From Bugula neritina (Eukaryota; Animalia; Bryozoa): a DNA stretch of 64,000 bases. Below the pieces are notes generated by a model, which saw only the letters and a list, made by a program, of their open reading frames with translations, had not been told where the DNA came from and ran no database searches. Made by a program: the position numbers and the translations under genes. Positions 11,261 through 24,799 of the stretch are shown here, one piece after another; within the stretch, counting starts at the first letter, position 1; the number at the start of each line of letters is the position of its first letter. The stretch is taken from assembly GCA_964035545.1 (NCBI GenBank), contig OZ037768.1, positions 23,841,319 through 23,905,318 of the forward strand, written 5' to 3'.

Positions 11261-14200
11261 CTATAATGACGATAATGGTGACAGTCGTGTACTATTATAC
11301 AAACTGCCTCTAGTTGAGTAATTGCTGTATATACTACTATTGTTGGACATAGAGCTAAAGTTAGACTGAGTACCATTTGTGTAATCATTGCAGTAAGAGA
11401 GGGGGTTGCCATGACTGCAGGTGCTCCCTTCCGCAATTCTCAATATAGTCATGACTAGTCCTATTATTGCGGAAATGATACCAAAGATGGCAACAAAGAG
11501 TTTCGGAATGCTTCTAGGAGAGAGAATTGGTTCTTGCTGTAGCTTGAGAACACATAGTGGTGGGAATATAAACGCTAAGGGAATGGCTGCTAGCACACCC
11601 TACAAAACATGCACATATGTTGTGAGAAACTTAGCTATAATAACTTGATAACAAATGGCTGAAGAATTCTTTTGTTTTGGTGCTATATAAGTAGTATTTT
11701 TTAAATATTGAATTTTTGAATAAGAAATTCTACATTTATCTAAAAGAGAGTCTTTTTACTTTATACAGTCTTTTTACTTTACTTTCAGTCATTCCTTTTG
11801 ATAAGTTAAACAAGGTTTTAGTTTTACTAGTACTATTACTAGTACTAGTTGTACTAGTACTAGTATTAGTCAACACGTCTGCTGCTACTCTTACGTTCAA
11901 CTGTAAGACAACTTCCACACAGTCGGTTGCCATGGAGATGCCACAGGTCAAGGCTGCTATAATGACTGTGATAAGGATATGTCTACCCAGCTGGGGCTCT
12001 TTGCTGGCAAAGATAGAATTCTCAATAACTTCTCTGGTAACGAAGCATTCAAGGGGCCAAGTTAATACGACTGTCATGGCATACGCAAATCTTGCCACAT
12101 TCATGAAATCATCTTCGAAACAATAATTAAGTAAAATATCGCCTACAATTAGAAAGTATAACACGTTGTATGTTCTAAATATCTAAATATAAGTATATGT
12201 GTTTTAAACAACAAAATATATCTGTTTCACTTGAAAACTTTACTAAAACGCAAAACACAAACTGAACTAGGAAAGGTCAGAGGTCAAGCTAAAATAGGTT
12301 AAAGTTGAACTGAATTCTATGCACGCAAATTATTAAAGTTTTGACGGCTATTTATATTCTCCTATTATTTATCATTTTTATTAAGCATATCGTCTGCTAT
12401 TGCTACATAGCGTTAGCCTTAGGTTGCTACCTGGGGTGTCAGTGAGTTTGTGAGGTTTATAGCAATATAATTGGATTTTTACATTTTAAAAGAGGTGTGG
12501 ATATGTTTTAAGTCAGAGCCAAACATACGTAACTGCTGACTCTATCACATGTACAACTGCTGACTCTATCACATGTACAACTGCTGACTCTATCACATAT
12601 ACAACTGCTGACTCTATCACATATTGAACTGCTGACCTTGCACATAGCCTGTGAATGTGACGTAGCCAAGCACCCCGAATATCAAAGTGATGAGCATGGA
12701 AGAAAAGACACTGGCGTGAGTCACCAAGCTCCACCGTTTCTCCGTTGGATTCTCCAGAGATGTGTAGAGGAGGAAGGAGTTGTGGTGACACATGTAAGCT
12801 GCGGAAAAACACAAAGACCTCATGCTAATAGTTGCTAGGAATCCGGTAGTCCATGTGGTGTAATGGTTAGCCTGCCTGCTTGCAAGCCGGAGGTCTCAGG
12901 TTCGAATCTCAGAGCGGGCAAAAATTTTCCTCTAATAGATGTAAAACTAGATGCATGGCTTATATTATTCTGGGTTTATTACATGTAAAAAAAATTATTG
13001 TCTGGTAAAATAATTGTCTAGCATTGATCATGGATACACAGTCGTTTTAAGAGTTTTATGCAAAACAATTGGTTCACACAAAAAAAGTAAAAATATAATT
13101 CAGAATTATAATCTAATTACCAAAACTAAGAATTCCAATTGCCTGCATGAAGTCCTGGTGGGCAAAATCCCAGGCGTCTGCTGTGGGGGGTCTACAAATA
13201 CAGAACATCATTACCTTGAGACATCATTGGACATGCAGACGTTGGAATCCAGTTATTGATTGTGAGTTTTTGGCATAACGTAGTCCACAGTCAAATGTGG
13301 TGAAAACTAAAAATATAATGTATACATTCACACTAAATGTCACTCTACATATCTAGAAGGGCACCTGACGTAAAATGTCTGCCTGTTGCATTGTGGGATG
13401 GTGCAGTGCTGGTATACTAAGCATTACTAAAACAATTTTATCTAATCGGAGTTAGCCTATAACAATTAGTAAACTAACTCCTTTTATACTTTATAACAAT
13501 ATTATTAATATTAGTTGAGAACTCAAAACTCTTCAAAACAAACTCCCACCTTGTATATACAAAAGCATGTTCACATGAAGGCCATACTTACACTTTATCG
13601 TGGAGCAGAATGGCTTTTACTAACATCGCTATGAGTATAAAAATGATGAGGATGAGAGAGACGAGTGACGCCTGAAACACATGAGACACACAACTAACAT
13701 AGGTGTGTTGAGTGTAAGTGTACTGAGTGTAAGTGTATATAGTAGTGTAGGTATATATATTGAGTGTACGTGTATATAACAGTGTAAGTATATAATTATA
13801 TTGGGTATAAGTATATATAGATAGTAGTGTAGGTATATATATTGAGTGTAAGTGTATTTAGCAGTGAAGTATATATAGTAGTGTAAGTGTATATAATAGT
13901 GTAATAGTGTATTATTATAATATAAGTATATTATTCAGGGCATATACTCATACATACAAATTGCTATCAGCTGCATTACAATGCATTGAGTGCACTCCAA
14001 AGAGTCCAGGTATACATTGTATTTCATTGCATTGTATTGCACTATTATACAATATTGTGTGAATAGTATTGCACTGCCTTTGAATGCAATATTTTTTGCA
14101 ATATTGCATTGTATTTCACTGCATTGATTGCAGTACATCCCCCTACTTTGTACTTGGTATAATTTTATTGCAATTTGTACTGAGCTGAGTTGTATTTTAC

Positions 14201-17200
14201 TATATGCAATAACGTGTTTATACCATAATTAGTTTTTCAAACTACACATGAGTAACTGTTATTATGCATACAATGACCACAGTTAGGATAAATGCAGTTT
14301 GTTGCTAATAGAAGTACAGTTTTCTACTAAAATGCATTTACACTAGAGTTGCCTTACCTTGCTTATCTTGGCCACATCTCTATATAGTGATAGAGGTAAA
14401 GTTATGGTCACAGTTATTATCACTATCACAAATTGTCTACTCCCAAAAGCTGTGTTACTGATTGCCTCTGAAATGATATTGCAATTAGTATGAAATTGAT
14501 AGAATATAATATTTGTTAGATTCACAGTTGATCAAATTATTTTGCAGCTTATCAACTATTTTATAGTTGAAATCCTTTGCATCTTACTCTTGTAGAAAGT
14601 TTTATTATAAATTATTATTTTTTCAACGTTATGATATTTTTATCTCCTACTCACCCCCTCCTATTCGTATGATTACAGCTGTTATTGTATCTCCAATAAT
14701 CACGTTGTAACCAATCATTGCTGTAAATATTCATATTCATTCCATTTGTAGCTACTTCTATTCCTGACACATTTTAACTACTTTTTAAAAGGTTAATTCC
14801 CTAAGAGCATATTAAGCATAATTTGCTCATCATGCAATATTCATATCTTTTCCATTAGCTAACATAAAAGCCAATAATGCTAATGGGTTAGCAAACATAA
14901 ATAGCAGCAGATTCTATAAATAGTAAAATACAATTATATATTTTTTATATACAGTTCCTTGTATATTAATATAACTTGACACACCACGAGTTATACTCAA
15001 AAACTACTTTATAAGCTAGTGTCACAAAAAATTGCCCGCGACTTTATTTAGCATGTATATGAATCAATACAAGGCTGAGTGAGATTCATTGACTTTTATT
15101 TCAGAGTATGATGGTGATTGTGAGATAACTTCTCAATGATAAAGCTGGTAAAGCTGCCATGAGTTATGCTGCCATTAGTCATGCTCACGCCTGTACAGGT
15201 TGTTTGTCAACTCACCTATGAATGGATAGAGGAACTGCATGGCAGTGAGCAGCAGAAAGCCAACCTTGCCAAAGGATGTGTTCACAAGGCCCTGGTATGT
15301 GTTTGTATTCGCTAAATTCCCACCTTGTATTAGTAGGACTATGGAGTAGTCTACAATATAGTGCTAGTTATAGGTGGTAGTGTGGTATGTAGCTAGTACG
15401 TAGGTGACACATCAGAGTAGGTGACAAACACCTGTGAGAGTGGAGACATGTCAGAGTAGAGACACGTCAGAGTATAGACACATGTCAGAGTAGAGACATG
15501 TCAGAGTAGAGACACATGTCAGAGTAGACACATGTCAGAGTAGAGAGACATGTCAGAGTAGAGACATGTCAGAGTAGACACATGTCAGAATAGATACACA
15601 TCTATTTTAGTAAAAAACAAGTACCTGTTAGAGCTGCCACGGCTACAACAAGTATCACTCCCAGACCAAAGCCTGATTGGTGGAGAGCAAATGGTATTCC
15701 TACAGAAGATTACATATTAACATTTCCACTTGATACCTGCTAGTGTGATGATGTCGATACATGTATTGTGTTACTCTACAATATATATTTTTATTACAGT
15801 CACATTTAATTTTTTTATAATTAGACTATAAGTATATAAATAGCAGTAAACTATCAGTAAACTGTCTGTAGACTGTCAATGGAAATTGAAATTCAAACTT
15901 TTACAATATAAAAAAAAAATTAATGGTAGTTTATTTTGTTGGCCATGACAATGTAGAAAAGAGTGAATTGGAAGAGGCTTAAAAGTTTTCTAGCTACAAA
16001 AATTACATTTTGTAATGCCACCATGTAGTTGTGTTTGACTTTTCCTTAATTAAATAACCATACAAGTTACATTCAAATACCTACTTATATGAAATGCAAC
16101 ACAGCTTGGCTTGTGTTTTGTAAAACTCTAACAATTGATCTAAATTAAACTGGAGTCAAATGAGTAAATATATTGTGTCAGAGGTTAAAGTTTAGGGGCT
16201 AAAGGTTAAATATTAGATACTAAGGTTAGAGGTTAAAGACTAAAGGTTAGAGACTAGAGACCAAAGGTTAGAGGTTAGAGACTAGAGATTAGAGGCTAAA
16301 TGTTATAGTTTAGAGGTTAGAGGCTTAAGGCTAGATGCTATAGAGGTTGATGGTTAAAAGTTAAAGGTTAGATGTTACCTATGATGCCGGCACCTATTAC
16401 TTTAGAGGTTAGAGGTTAGAGTTTAAAGCTTAGACGTTACCTATGATGCCAGCACCTATTACTATAGAGGTTAGAGGTTAGAGTTTAAAGGTTAGACATT
16501 ACCTATGATGCCAGCACCTATTATGGAGTTGATGAAGTTCAGGCTGGCACTCGGCAAAGAGTTGAGTTCCTGAGATCTTGAGTTACTCGAGTCTGGAGAC
16601 TCTTCCTTGGGTTGTGCCGCAGCCCCCTCTCCATTCAGTTTCTGGTAGCTACTAGCTCTAGAGATACTTGTGGTCTCACTAGCTGCATCCTACAAAACAG
16701 TGATGTCTACAGTTAGATAATAACAGTAATAGCTACTCTGTACAGTCATTGATTTTTCCATGTTTTATGAAATATGGATGAGTTAAGTGGATGGCTTTCT
16801 AATGACATATCATAAATATTTCACTTGATGTAACAGCTGTGTTGTAGTATGTATACGAGCCATCAGAATGAAGATTTGAGGGAGCAAAGATAGTTATGGG
16901 TACAGAGTACTGACTGCTTTCTACTGATATATAATATGGAGAACACCAAAATGCTATAATGCTTGGCTTTTTAGTCTACAGAACCAACTGCCTAACTTGT
17001 GGGCGGGTTTCTCCCTGGAACCCAGCCTATGTTAAGAAACTTACCACGAATATTATATAAACTTACCTTTGCATAGACCTACTTTTATATAAATTTACTG
17101 CAATATAAACTTTCAACAGTATTTAAAAATAACAATATATAATTTACTGTGTTATTGAAATATGATATAAAATATATATATATATCTATTGTTGGCGTCA

Positions 17201-17928
17201 ATTGGTTATTTCCTAATGCCAACAGTTATTCTTTTGCCTCATTTCCTGTTGCTATATTATATAACCTGCTGCATTGCATCGTGAATCAATAAAACTTTAC
17301 ATCACCTTTGCAGGTGAATGTCAAAAAACACTAGAAGTAGCTAAATTCTGCTTAAAACTGAAATTTTTAGCCCTTTAAAATTTACATATATTTTAATCTT
17401 TGCAATAAAACAGTGGATGATTTTACAGTTTACAATCCAAGACTTGCATTTAAATTCAAAGCCGCTAGAATTTACAAACTTTTCAATAAAGCTTCTCAAT
17501 ACAATATTGCCCTCCACATAGGCTAACATTTCTTATAATGATTCTGATTTATAAAATTTGCCAAAATAAGTAAGTTAGTCATTGAAGCAAATATTCTGCT
17601 GATTTTTGCAAAAAAGTCCACAAATTAGAAACTAAAATACATTCTTTCAATTAGAATGTACAAATTTTATCTGTTAAGTAAAATACAGACTTTGGTTACG
17701 TTACCTATTTCTTACGGCTATAATAACTGTAGAAACAAACTGTAGAAACAAACTGTAGACAGAAACTGTAGAAACAAACTGTAGAAACAAACTGTAGAAA
17801 AAACTGTAGAAACAAACTGTAGAAACAAACTGTAGAAACAAACTGTAGAAACAAACCGTAGAGGTGAGACTATCTTGAGAAAGCTGCCGCTGCAGCTCAT
17901 ACTGTTGATATCTATCTCTGCTAGACAT
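11261..17928 (-). CDS. SLC38A11: Putative sodium-coupled neutral amino acid transporter 11-like (SLC38/AAAP family), 11 coding exons
   Basis: Minus-strand exons 17928-17857, 16689-16503, 15699-15625, 15350-15216, 14720-14655, 14467-14358, 13671-13592, 13191-13121, 12798-12637, 12142-11895, 11599-11261 stay in frame. Motifs NFINSIIGAGIIGIPFAL, QFLYPFIAMIGYNVIIGDT, TLPLSLYRDVAKISK, FAYMCHHNSFLLY, QGDILLNYC, TWPLECFVTREV, PLAFIFPPLC are typical of SLC38A11. The identity of the first exon is less certain. Confidence 0.9.
12531..12636. repeat. 24-bp repeat, ~4 copies, adjoining an SLC38A11 donor
   Basis: Unit AACTGCTGACTCTATCACATGTAC. Confidence 0.9.
12845..12925 (+). mobile_element. tRNA-derived SINE-like head or tRNA pseudogene
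   Basis: A-box-like TGGTGTAATGG and B-box GGTTCGAATC at tRNA spacing around GCTTGCAAGC; acceptor and T stems do not pair well; related copy at ~47500-47580. Confidence 0.6.
15405..15600. repeat. 16-18-bp imperfect minisatellite (SLC38A11 intron)
   Basis: Unit approximately GTCAGAGTAGAGACAT. Confidence 0.85.
16190..16522. repeat. Degenerate (GGTTAGA)n tract containing a 62-bp triplication of the SLC38A11 exon 2 end and donor
   Basis: TTACCTATGATGCCRGCACCTATTA at ~16375, ~16437 and ~16499. Confidence 0.9.
17725..17856. repeat. 13-bp minisatellite, ~10 copies
   Basis: Unit AACTGTAGAAACA. Confidence 0.95.
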
Positions 17929-20900
17929 CTCTAGTAACTAGTGCTGCCTCAGATATATTCATAGCTGCTGCCCGTTCTAAGTCACTCTGTGCTACTACTG
18001 TTATTAGCTCAGCTTATACTGTCAGTCTACTCACTATGAATTGTGATGTATGCCAGTCCCATTGACTTTACATTAAGCTAATCAATACGACTGTTGGTAA
18101 AATCAATGGTCATCACAACTATAAGTATCATCTGTGTATACACATAATATAAGAATAATAACACTACGCACTTTACTGCTGTCCTACGCTAATACTTCAT
18201 GTGTAGAATCATTATCTGTTACAACTAATACACACTGCAGTATGTATCATACCACCTATGCAGTTCAATGCTTGTATTTAATCTATATAAAGCTACTGGT
18301 ATATAATATTATCTTACAGGAAACACCCTGTATAAACTAATCTAAAGAGTACAATTAGTTATTAAATTAAATAATAACTTATGGTGTACATAGGCTTTAG
18401 AGAACACTTTGCAGTTTAGTTTGAACTGTTATAATTTTTGAGATAAAAGAAACTAAAAATCTGAAGTTGGTAGATAATGAAAAACTAAGTAGTAGAATCA
18501 GTAGCTTTTTTAACAACCAGTTGCGAACCAAGTTGTTTTTATAATTCACTGTTGAATAAATGTGTGAATATTTAATAACTATAGTTTTGGTGTGTGCATG
18601 GAGAAGATAACTGCAGTTGTTTAGTTATTATAATGTCACTGCATATTAAAGATAATACCACAAATTAACATTGTAGCTATATTTTATTTAGAGGCATGCA
18701 AGATTCACCAAATATCAGTATTTATACGAGCTATAACATAATATATGCATAAATAATACTGCATTGTAGCCATTTAGACTAACTTTTTAAATCAATATTA
18801 TAACTTTATCAGCATTTAAAGGATTTCAGTGAAAGGCGCTACGAGGCAACGTCTAACCTATTTATATATTAAACATTGTTGATTGAACTTGTTTTGCTTA
18901 CTTGGAGTTATGTTGTCCTAACACTATACAAATAACCCATTTGGTTAGAGTTGTCATCTCTGCTAGAAATTTGTGACTAGCTACAAGTAATATAGCTTTG
19001 AAACAGAAATGACCATTAGCTATAAAATCACCTCTGGTCCAGCCCATTGGACGTGGACAAGCTAGGCTGGCCCTCTACCCCACCCACTAAGTGATAGCTG
19101 CTCCCTGGTTAACTATATATAGACATATTATTTTTAACAGCATATAACCAGCTTCAAAAGTTTGATTTATAAATTAGAAAAGTAATTTACATCCTTAGAC
19201 AGGAGATGGAATGCATTCGTCTACACGGCGTGTGCTTTTAAAGTGTATAAATTTTCTGTTAAAATAAAAGCTTTTGTATTAAAAAGATACACTGAAAATC
19301 AATAATGTAATTACTATTAGTACGAGTCTCATTCAAACATGTCAACATCAAACAGGAAGTTAGACCAAAGAATGAAAATTTGAAAAGCTAACATTGTATT
19401 TGCATATTCTATTAATATGTACATCACTCAGCTCTTTGTTGTATCTGTTAGAAGCAGGTTACAGGGGTGGAGCGATGGCAGAGGAGGAAACAGGTGGGGG
19501 GGGGGGACAGAACACTTTTACAAATGAGAATATTAGAGTGTTGCTGACTGGGAGAATATGGAGAACATATATGAATAAACTTAAATCATATCAGTTAGCT
19601 GCCTCTACTAGGATAAAAAAAGTCAGCATTTTTTTTACTATAAAGAACAAGTTTGAAGAAAATGGCTGTAGCAAAAAATACTTTCAACTTAGATCTAAAG
19701 ACAAATAATTATTACTGTAGTTTGTATTTTTAGATATATATTATGCCATTATAATTTATAATATTATGACACACTTCAGCTAGAAACTGTACTTACAAAG
19801 CAATTGCATTAAAAGGCAACTATAAATTTTTCTGCCAGTTAAAATAATTGTATTGATTAAACTTTAATGACTGCATCTATTTTAGCATAAATATTTTATC
19901 AGCAAGTTCCTAGTATCCTTGTAATTCATTCACGTCTGCACGTATTCTATAGAGTGCATAGTGAGCTTACAGCTAGGCTTCCAGTATAGAGTCAGCACTG
20001 CACGCTGTCGAAGATTCTGACTATTGATTATTCAGAGTATAAAGTGTTGATAAACGGTGATGGCTATTATGATAAGATATTTAGAAAATCTTGTTTCATG
20101 CCGTGGATTAAAGATTCATATGTTGCAGACGACAAGGTTGAGTGATAATCAAAGTGAATGTCAAGTTATTATATTGGTCTGAACCAATTAACTGCTTTCA
20201 GTTCGTTAAGTATAAGGTTAAAGGTCATTAGATGTGCAAGTAAGGATAACCATGCCCGTGCTATTTTAAAACTATACAATAAGTTGTTACTTTATGGCAC
20301 ATCAACGAAATTATTCACCAATGTTTTTTAAAACTGTAGGTAATAGTAAATATTATACTTTTAGGTTAATGTTACAATCTTCTTCAACATTTAGTAAATA
20401 CTAAACAAGTAATATAGTAATAGAAAAAAAATTAGGCTACAGCAAGGGTTATACAGAAGGTTGGAAAACTACCAGGAGCATATTTGGAAGATTGTAGCCT
20501 ACAAAAATTATATTAGTTCATTTAAAACTTTGTTGGCAGTTTAAAGATAGATTGTTAATCCAATTTATCTCATACCAAACAACTAGAACTTTGAATGTTC
20601 ATATTAGTGTAAAATTGTTTACCATTAGACTGTTAGTTTTAGTCTTGTGCAGAATGTAAAAGATGAAATATATGACCAAACTCCTTTATCTGCAGGGTTT
20701 TAAGGCTATACAACATGACACATATAGCACATGCTATAAGTGTAACCAGGTAATACCGTCTCTAGTAAATTACCTAAATGTATATGTATTAACATGAGCT
20801 GCACAGTCATATTCATAAGTTACCAGGTTTGTCTGTCACAGAACAGTTTATACTGGAACTTATTTTATGGCATAATTTTGTGCTAAATATTTTTCTTTAC

Positions 20901-21019
20901 AAGGTTTGGAGAGAGAGAAAGACGGCAGAATATATGCATCTTCACATGACAAATATTAGCTGAATACAATAGAAAACAGCTGAACATTCTTTGCTTGGCT
21001 TCGTTATAATACATCACAC

Positions 21020-22205
21020 TATAATATACTATATTATATTATATCATACTATACTATACTATACTATACTATACTATACTATACTATACTATACTATACT
21101 ATACTATACTATACTACACTATACTACACTACACTACGCTGCGCTGCGCTGCACTGCGCTACACTATACTACACTGCACTACACTACACTATACTACACT
21201 ACACTACACTATACTATACTACACTACACTACACTATACTGCAATATACTACACTACACTGCACTGCACTACACTACACTATACTGCACTACACTGCACT
21301 ACACTACACTACACTGCACTACACTACACTATACTATACTGCACTACACTACACTACACTATACATGCAGCATGGCTAACTGTTATCTTTGTAACCTCCC
21401 ATGCTGTGCAGCTGCAATTTCAAAGATACGCTATACCCACAAGGTATATGACTTACTTTATGCACTTTGCATATATTATACTACTGACTACTATATACTA
21501 GCTTGCATATATTACACAATGTATGCTACATACTATATTGTTATACCCTATACGCTACGTACTTTGCAGCATACGGCATACACTTTAAACTATGAAGTAT
21601 AATACAGTATATACACTACATACTACACACTACACACTACACAGTATACACTACACACTGCACAGTATACACTACACAGTATACACTACACACTGCACAG
21701 TATACACTACACAGTATACACTACACAGTACACACCACAGAGTATACACTACACGGTATACACTACACAGTATACACTACACAGTATACACTGCACAGTA
21801 CACACTACACAGTATACACTACACAGTACACACGACACACAGTACACACTACACAGTATACACTACACACTACACAGTATACACTACACACTACACAGTA
21901 TACACTACACAGTATACACTACACACTACACAGTACACACTACACAGTACACACTACACAGTATACAATACACAGTACACACTACACAGTACGCACTACA
22001 CAGTACACACTACACAGTATACACTACACAGTATACACTACACAGTACACACTACACAGTATACACTACACAGTATACACCACACAGTACACACTACACA
22101 GTATAAACTACACAGTATAAACTACACAGTATACACTACACAGTATACACTACACAGTATATACTACACAGTACACACTACACAGTACACACTACACACT
22201 ACTAC
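21020..22205. repeat. Two low-complexity arrays: (ATACT/ACACT)n at 21020-21365 and (ACACTACACAGTAT)n at 21600-22205
   Basis: Direct reading; source of the Y/T/H-rich pseudo-ORFs. Confidence 0.95.
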
Positions 22206-22231
22206 ATGCCAACTGAAGGTAGAACACTCAC

Positions 22232-22360
22232 GCCAATATCGTCACCACTGAACGACTGAGCCATGTTGTAATCCTGACTTGTAATCATCTCCGTGGAGTC
22301 ACTCCGCTTCCATCTGTCGGCCTCTCCAATTCCCAGCCACTGCTTCAACACTTCAAACAT
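22232..22360 (-). CDS. Candidate alternative first coding exon of the SLC38A11-like gene (MFEVLKQWLGIGEADRWKRSDSTEMITSQDYNMAQSFSGDDIG)
   Basis: GC-richer open 43-codon block with GAAGCC-ATG start context, ends in phase 0 at a GTGAGT donor, which matches the phase-0 acceptor at 16689. An acceptor (tttcag) at ~22414 suggests a further upstream non-coding exon. Confidence 0.6.
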
Positions 22361-24019
22361 GGCTTCCTCTAGCTATATCATCTGACGACGTGGAACAGTC
22401 TTACAAACTCTCACTGAAATACAGTCTACAGTTCACTACTACCTCCTACATAGCATAGCTCCAATATTAACCATACTAGCATACACTCAGTGTTTTAGCG
22501 TAACTTATCCCAACGGAATTATAAAATTATATTGCAAAAAGAATACATGCTCTTTTATATGTGAATGTTAAAAGGATTGACTAAGCAATGCTGCTATACT
22601 GGTCGGACAATTAGAATAAGTTTGTGTCCCAGTGGCTCCATTAGCCAAACTTATTTATTCTAAATGTAAATGAAATGTTACAGTCTATGTTTACATGTTA
22701 ATAAGCTATCTATATGACATTAGTCAATACCAAGTTTGTACAAATGTATTGGTTGTTTCATTACAAAATATGTATTAGTTAGAAATGTATAAACTTTATT
22801 TGTTACAAGAGGTAGGTGCAGTAATGGAGAAATTGAGAAAAGCCTGTTTTCTAGATTAGAAATGTTGCAAAAGAAGTTATGTTTTCGCATTTATTTCAAC
22901 CCGAGCCCCAAACTCAAATTTATTAAGAAATTTAAAGAACTTAGGTTACCTATCTCGATCTCTCCACTATAACTGCTCCTAAATGAGTAATTTGGTTTAA
23001 TGAATTTTGAGTCAGCAATATTGAATAGTAGTTGGCCATAATTTTAAATAATTTGCTACTCACCAAATTGTCTAAATTCTGCACTAAACCTTTAAAAGTA
23101 TGATTATTGATCCTGAAATTTTAATCCATTTATTAAAATTTAATTTACACGCATCAACTAAGTTTTGTGCTGCCAAGTCCAAACTATATTGAGTCAGCGC
23201 TCAGAGCTGCCTATATATAAGACTCAGTGAGATACTAACTAGTGCACGTGGCACTACTGTGTGATGTCGTAATTTCGTGTTGTATAGTTTTCTTATTAGC
23301 TCTGTCAGCAATCAATGTGATAATGCTAATTAATTATGACCAACTTTACTTCTCAGAGATAAATCAATATATTTCAAAACGTTTTAATTTTAATACCTGA
23401 GTAATCATCTCGGTAAGACGCTGCCTGCTGTCAGTTTGACACAGGCCATATGCTACCTGCGATACCTACCCATATGCTACCTGCGATACCTACACATATG
23501 GTGGAGGTGTTACAAATGTTACACAAATACTTTTCATTCACTAGTAGCTTTATAGTGGAAATTGCTTTCTATAGATAATGCAATATATCATAATAAATAA
23601 AATTATCTTAATTATCTGCGAACATGCAGCAGAATTATCTAGTTGCTAAGAAATCAGGTAATAGTAATAAAATATGAAATACAGTTGCTAAATTTGCGTT
23701 CAGCATAAATATGTGTACATGTTAACAGAATGCGGGTTATATAACAAAATAATATAATATAATATAACAAACTATAATAAAAAATAAATCTTTTTTGACA
23801 CATATTATATAACACAATTCTCTTCCGGTATATCATTGCATTAAGAAATACATATTTGATATAGTCATTATTACTCAATACAAACATAAACCTAATAAGA
23901 TTTGGTGTTGTAAAAACATTTTAGAATCTTCGGTTTTTTACCAATACTTAGTGTACACAAGTTCTAATTTTAATGCCAGTTTTACATAGTTATAACCACC
24001 AGAGTTGAATATTATGTGT

Positions 24020-24200
24020 CATATAGGTGTCCACTTAGTGTTATATAGGTGTCCATGACTTAGGGTAATATAGGTGTCCACTTAGTGTTATATAGGTGTC
24101 TACTAGATGCCATATAGGTGTCTACTAGGTGTCTACTTAGTGTCATATAGATGTCCACTTAGTGTAATATAGGTGTCCACTTGGTGTTATATAGGTGTTT
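24020..24200. repeat. ~23-bp imperfect minisatellite
   Basis: Unit approximately ATATAGGTGTCCACTTAGTGTT. Confidence 0.85.
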
Positions 24201-24699
24201 GATTAATAGTATGTGTGTGCTAGTACCATAAATTAAAGTCTCTGTTTGGTGTTTGATATGTGTCATGCAGGTGTCTACTCAGTTTTCAGTACAAAGTATC
24301 AGTGAAATAGATGTGTTGCTGCAATAAGTGTAGAATTATTAAGAGTTTAGGTTCATACAATAAATTTGGCAGAGATCTGATTATCTTGAAAAATACGTCT
24401 ATTGCACCAATTGAGGATCATGGAGTACTTGAAGCAATCTCAGTAGAGAGGTTTACTATGTCTTACTGTGCAGTGAATGTTTGAGATATAAATTATAATA
24501 AATTACTTTGATGCATTATCATTACACGCTGCTTTCTCAGATTATTGATTTCAGCGTCTTGATACGAGGATTTGTTTAATTGCTATTATCACTTTGATAC
24601 TTTGATTGTGAAAGTTGTAAACTTGGCTAAAGTTAAAGAGAAGAAAGCTTGTCTGTGATTACCATGTAATATCCTGCACAGCAACAACCATGTAGTATT

Positions 24700-24726
24700 A
24701 TATATATAAATATATATGAATATATA

Positions 24727-24797
<71 letters not shown>
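24700..24797. repeat. (TA)n microsatellite
   Basis: Long uninterrupted TA run. Confidence 0.98.

Positions 24798-24799
<2 letters not shown>

Noticed and set aside
12845-12925. Functional tRNA gene (Ala-TGC-like)
   Set aside because: Acceptor and T stems do not pair properly and the anticodon loop geometry is off; treated as a SINE head or pseudogene.
16190-16500. Interstitial telomere
   Set aside because: The unit is a degenerate 7-mer GGTTAGA rather than TTAGGG or TTAGG; more simply a local low-complexity tract.
19394-19708. 104-aa ORF containing MAEEETGGGGG
   Set aside because: No recognisable homology or splice support; it lies antisense between the two candidate SLC38A11 first exons.
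19913-19920. U12-type donor-like GTATCCTT
   Set aside because: On the plus strand with no associated exon; all reconstructed introns are ordinary GT-AG.
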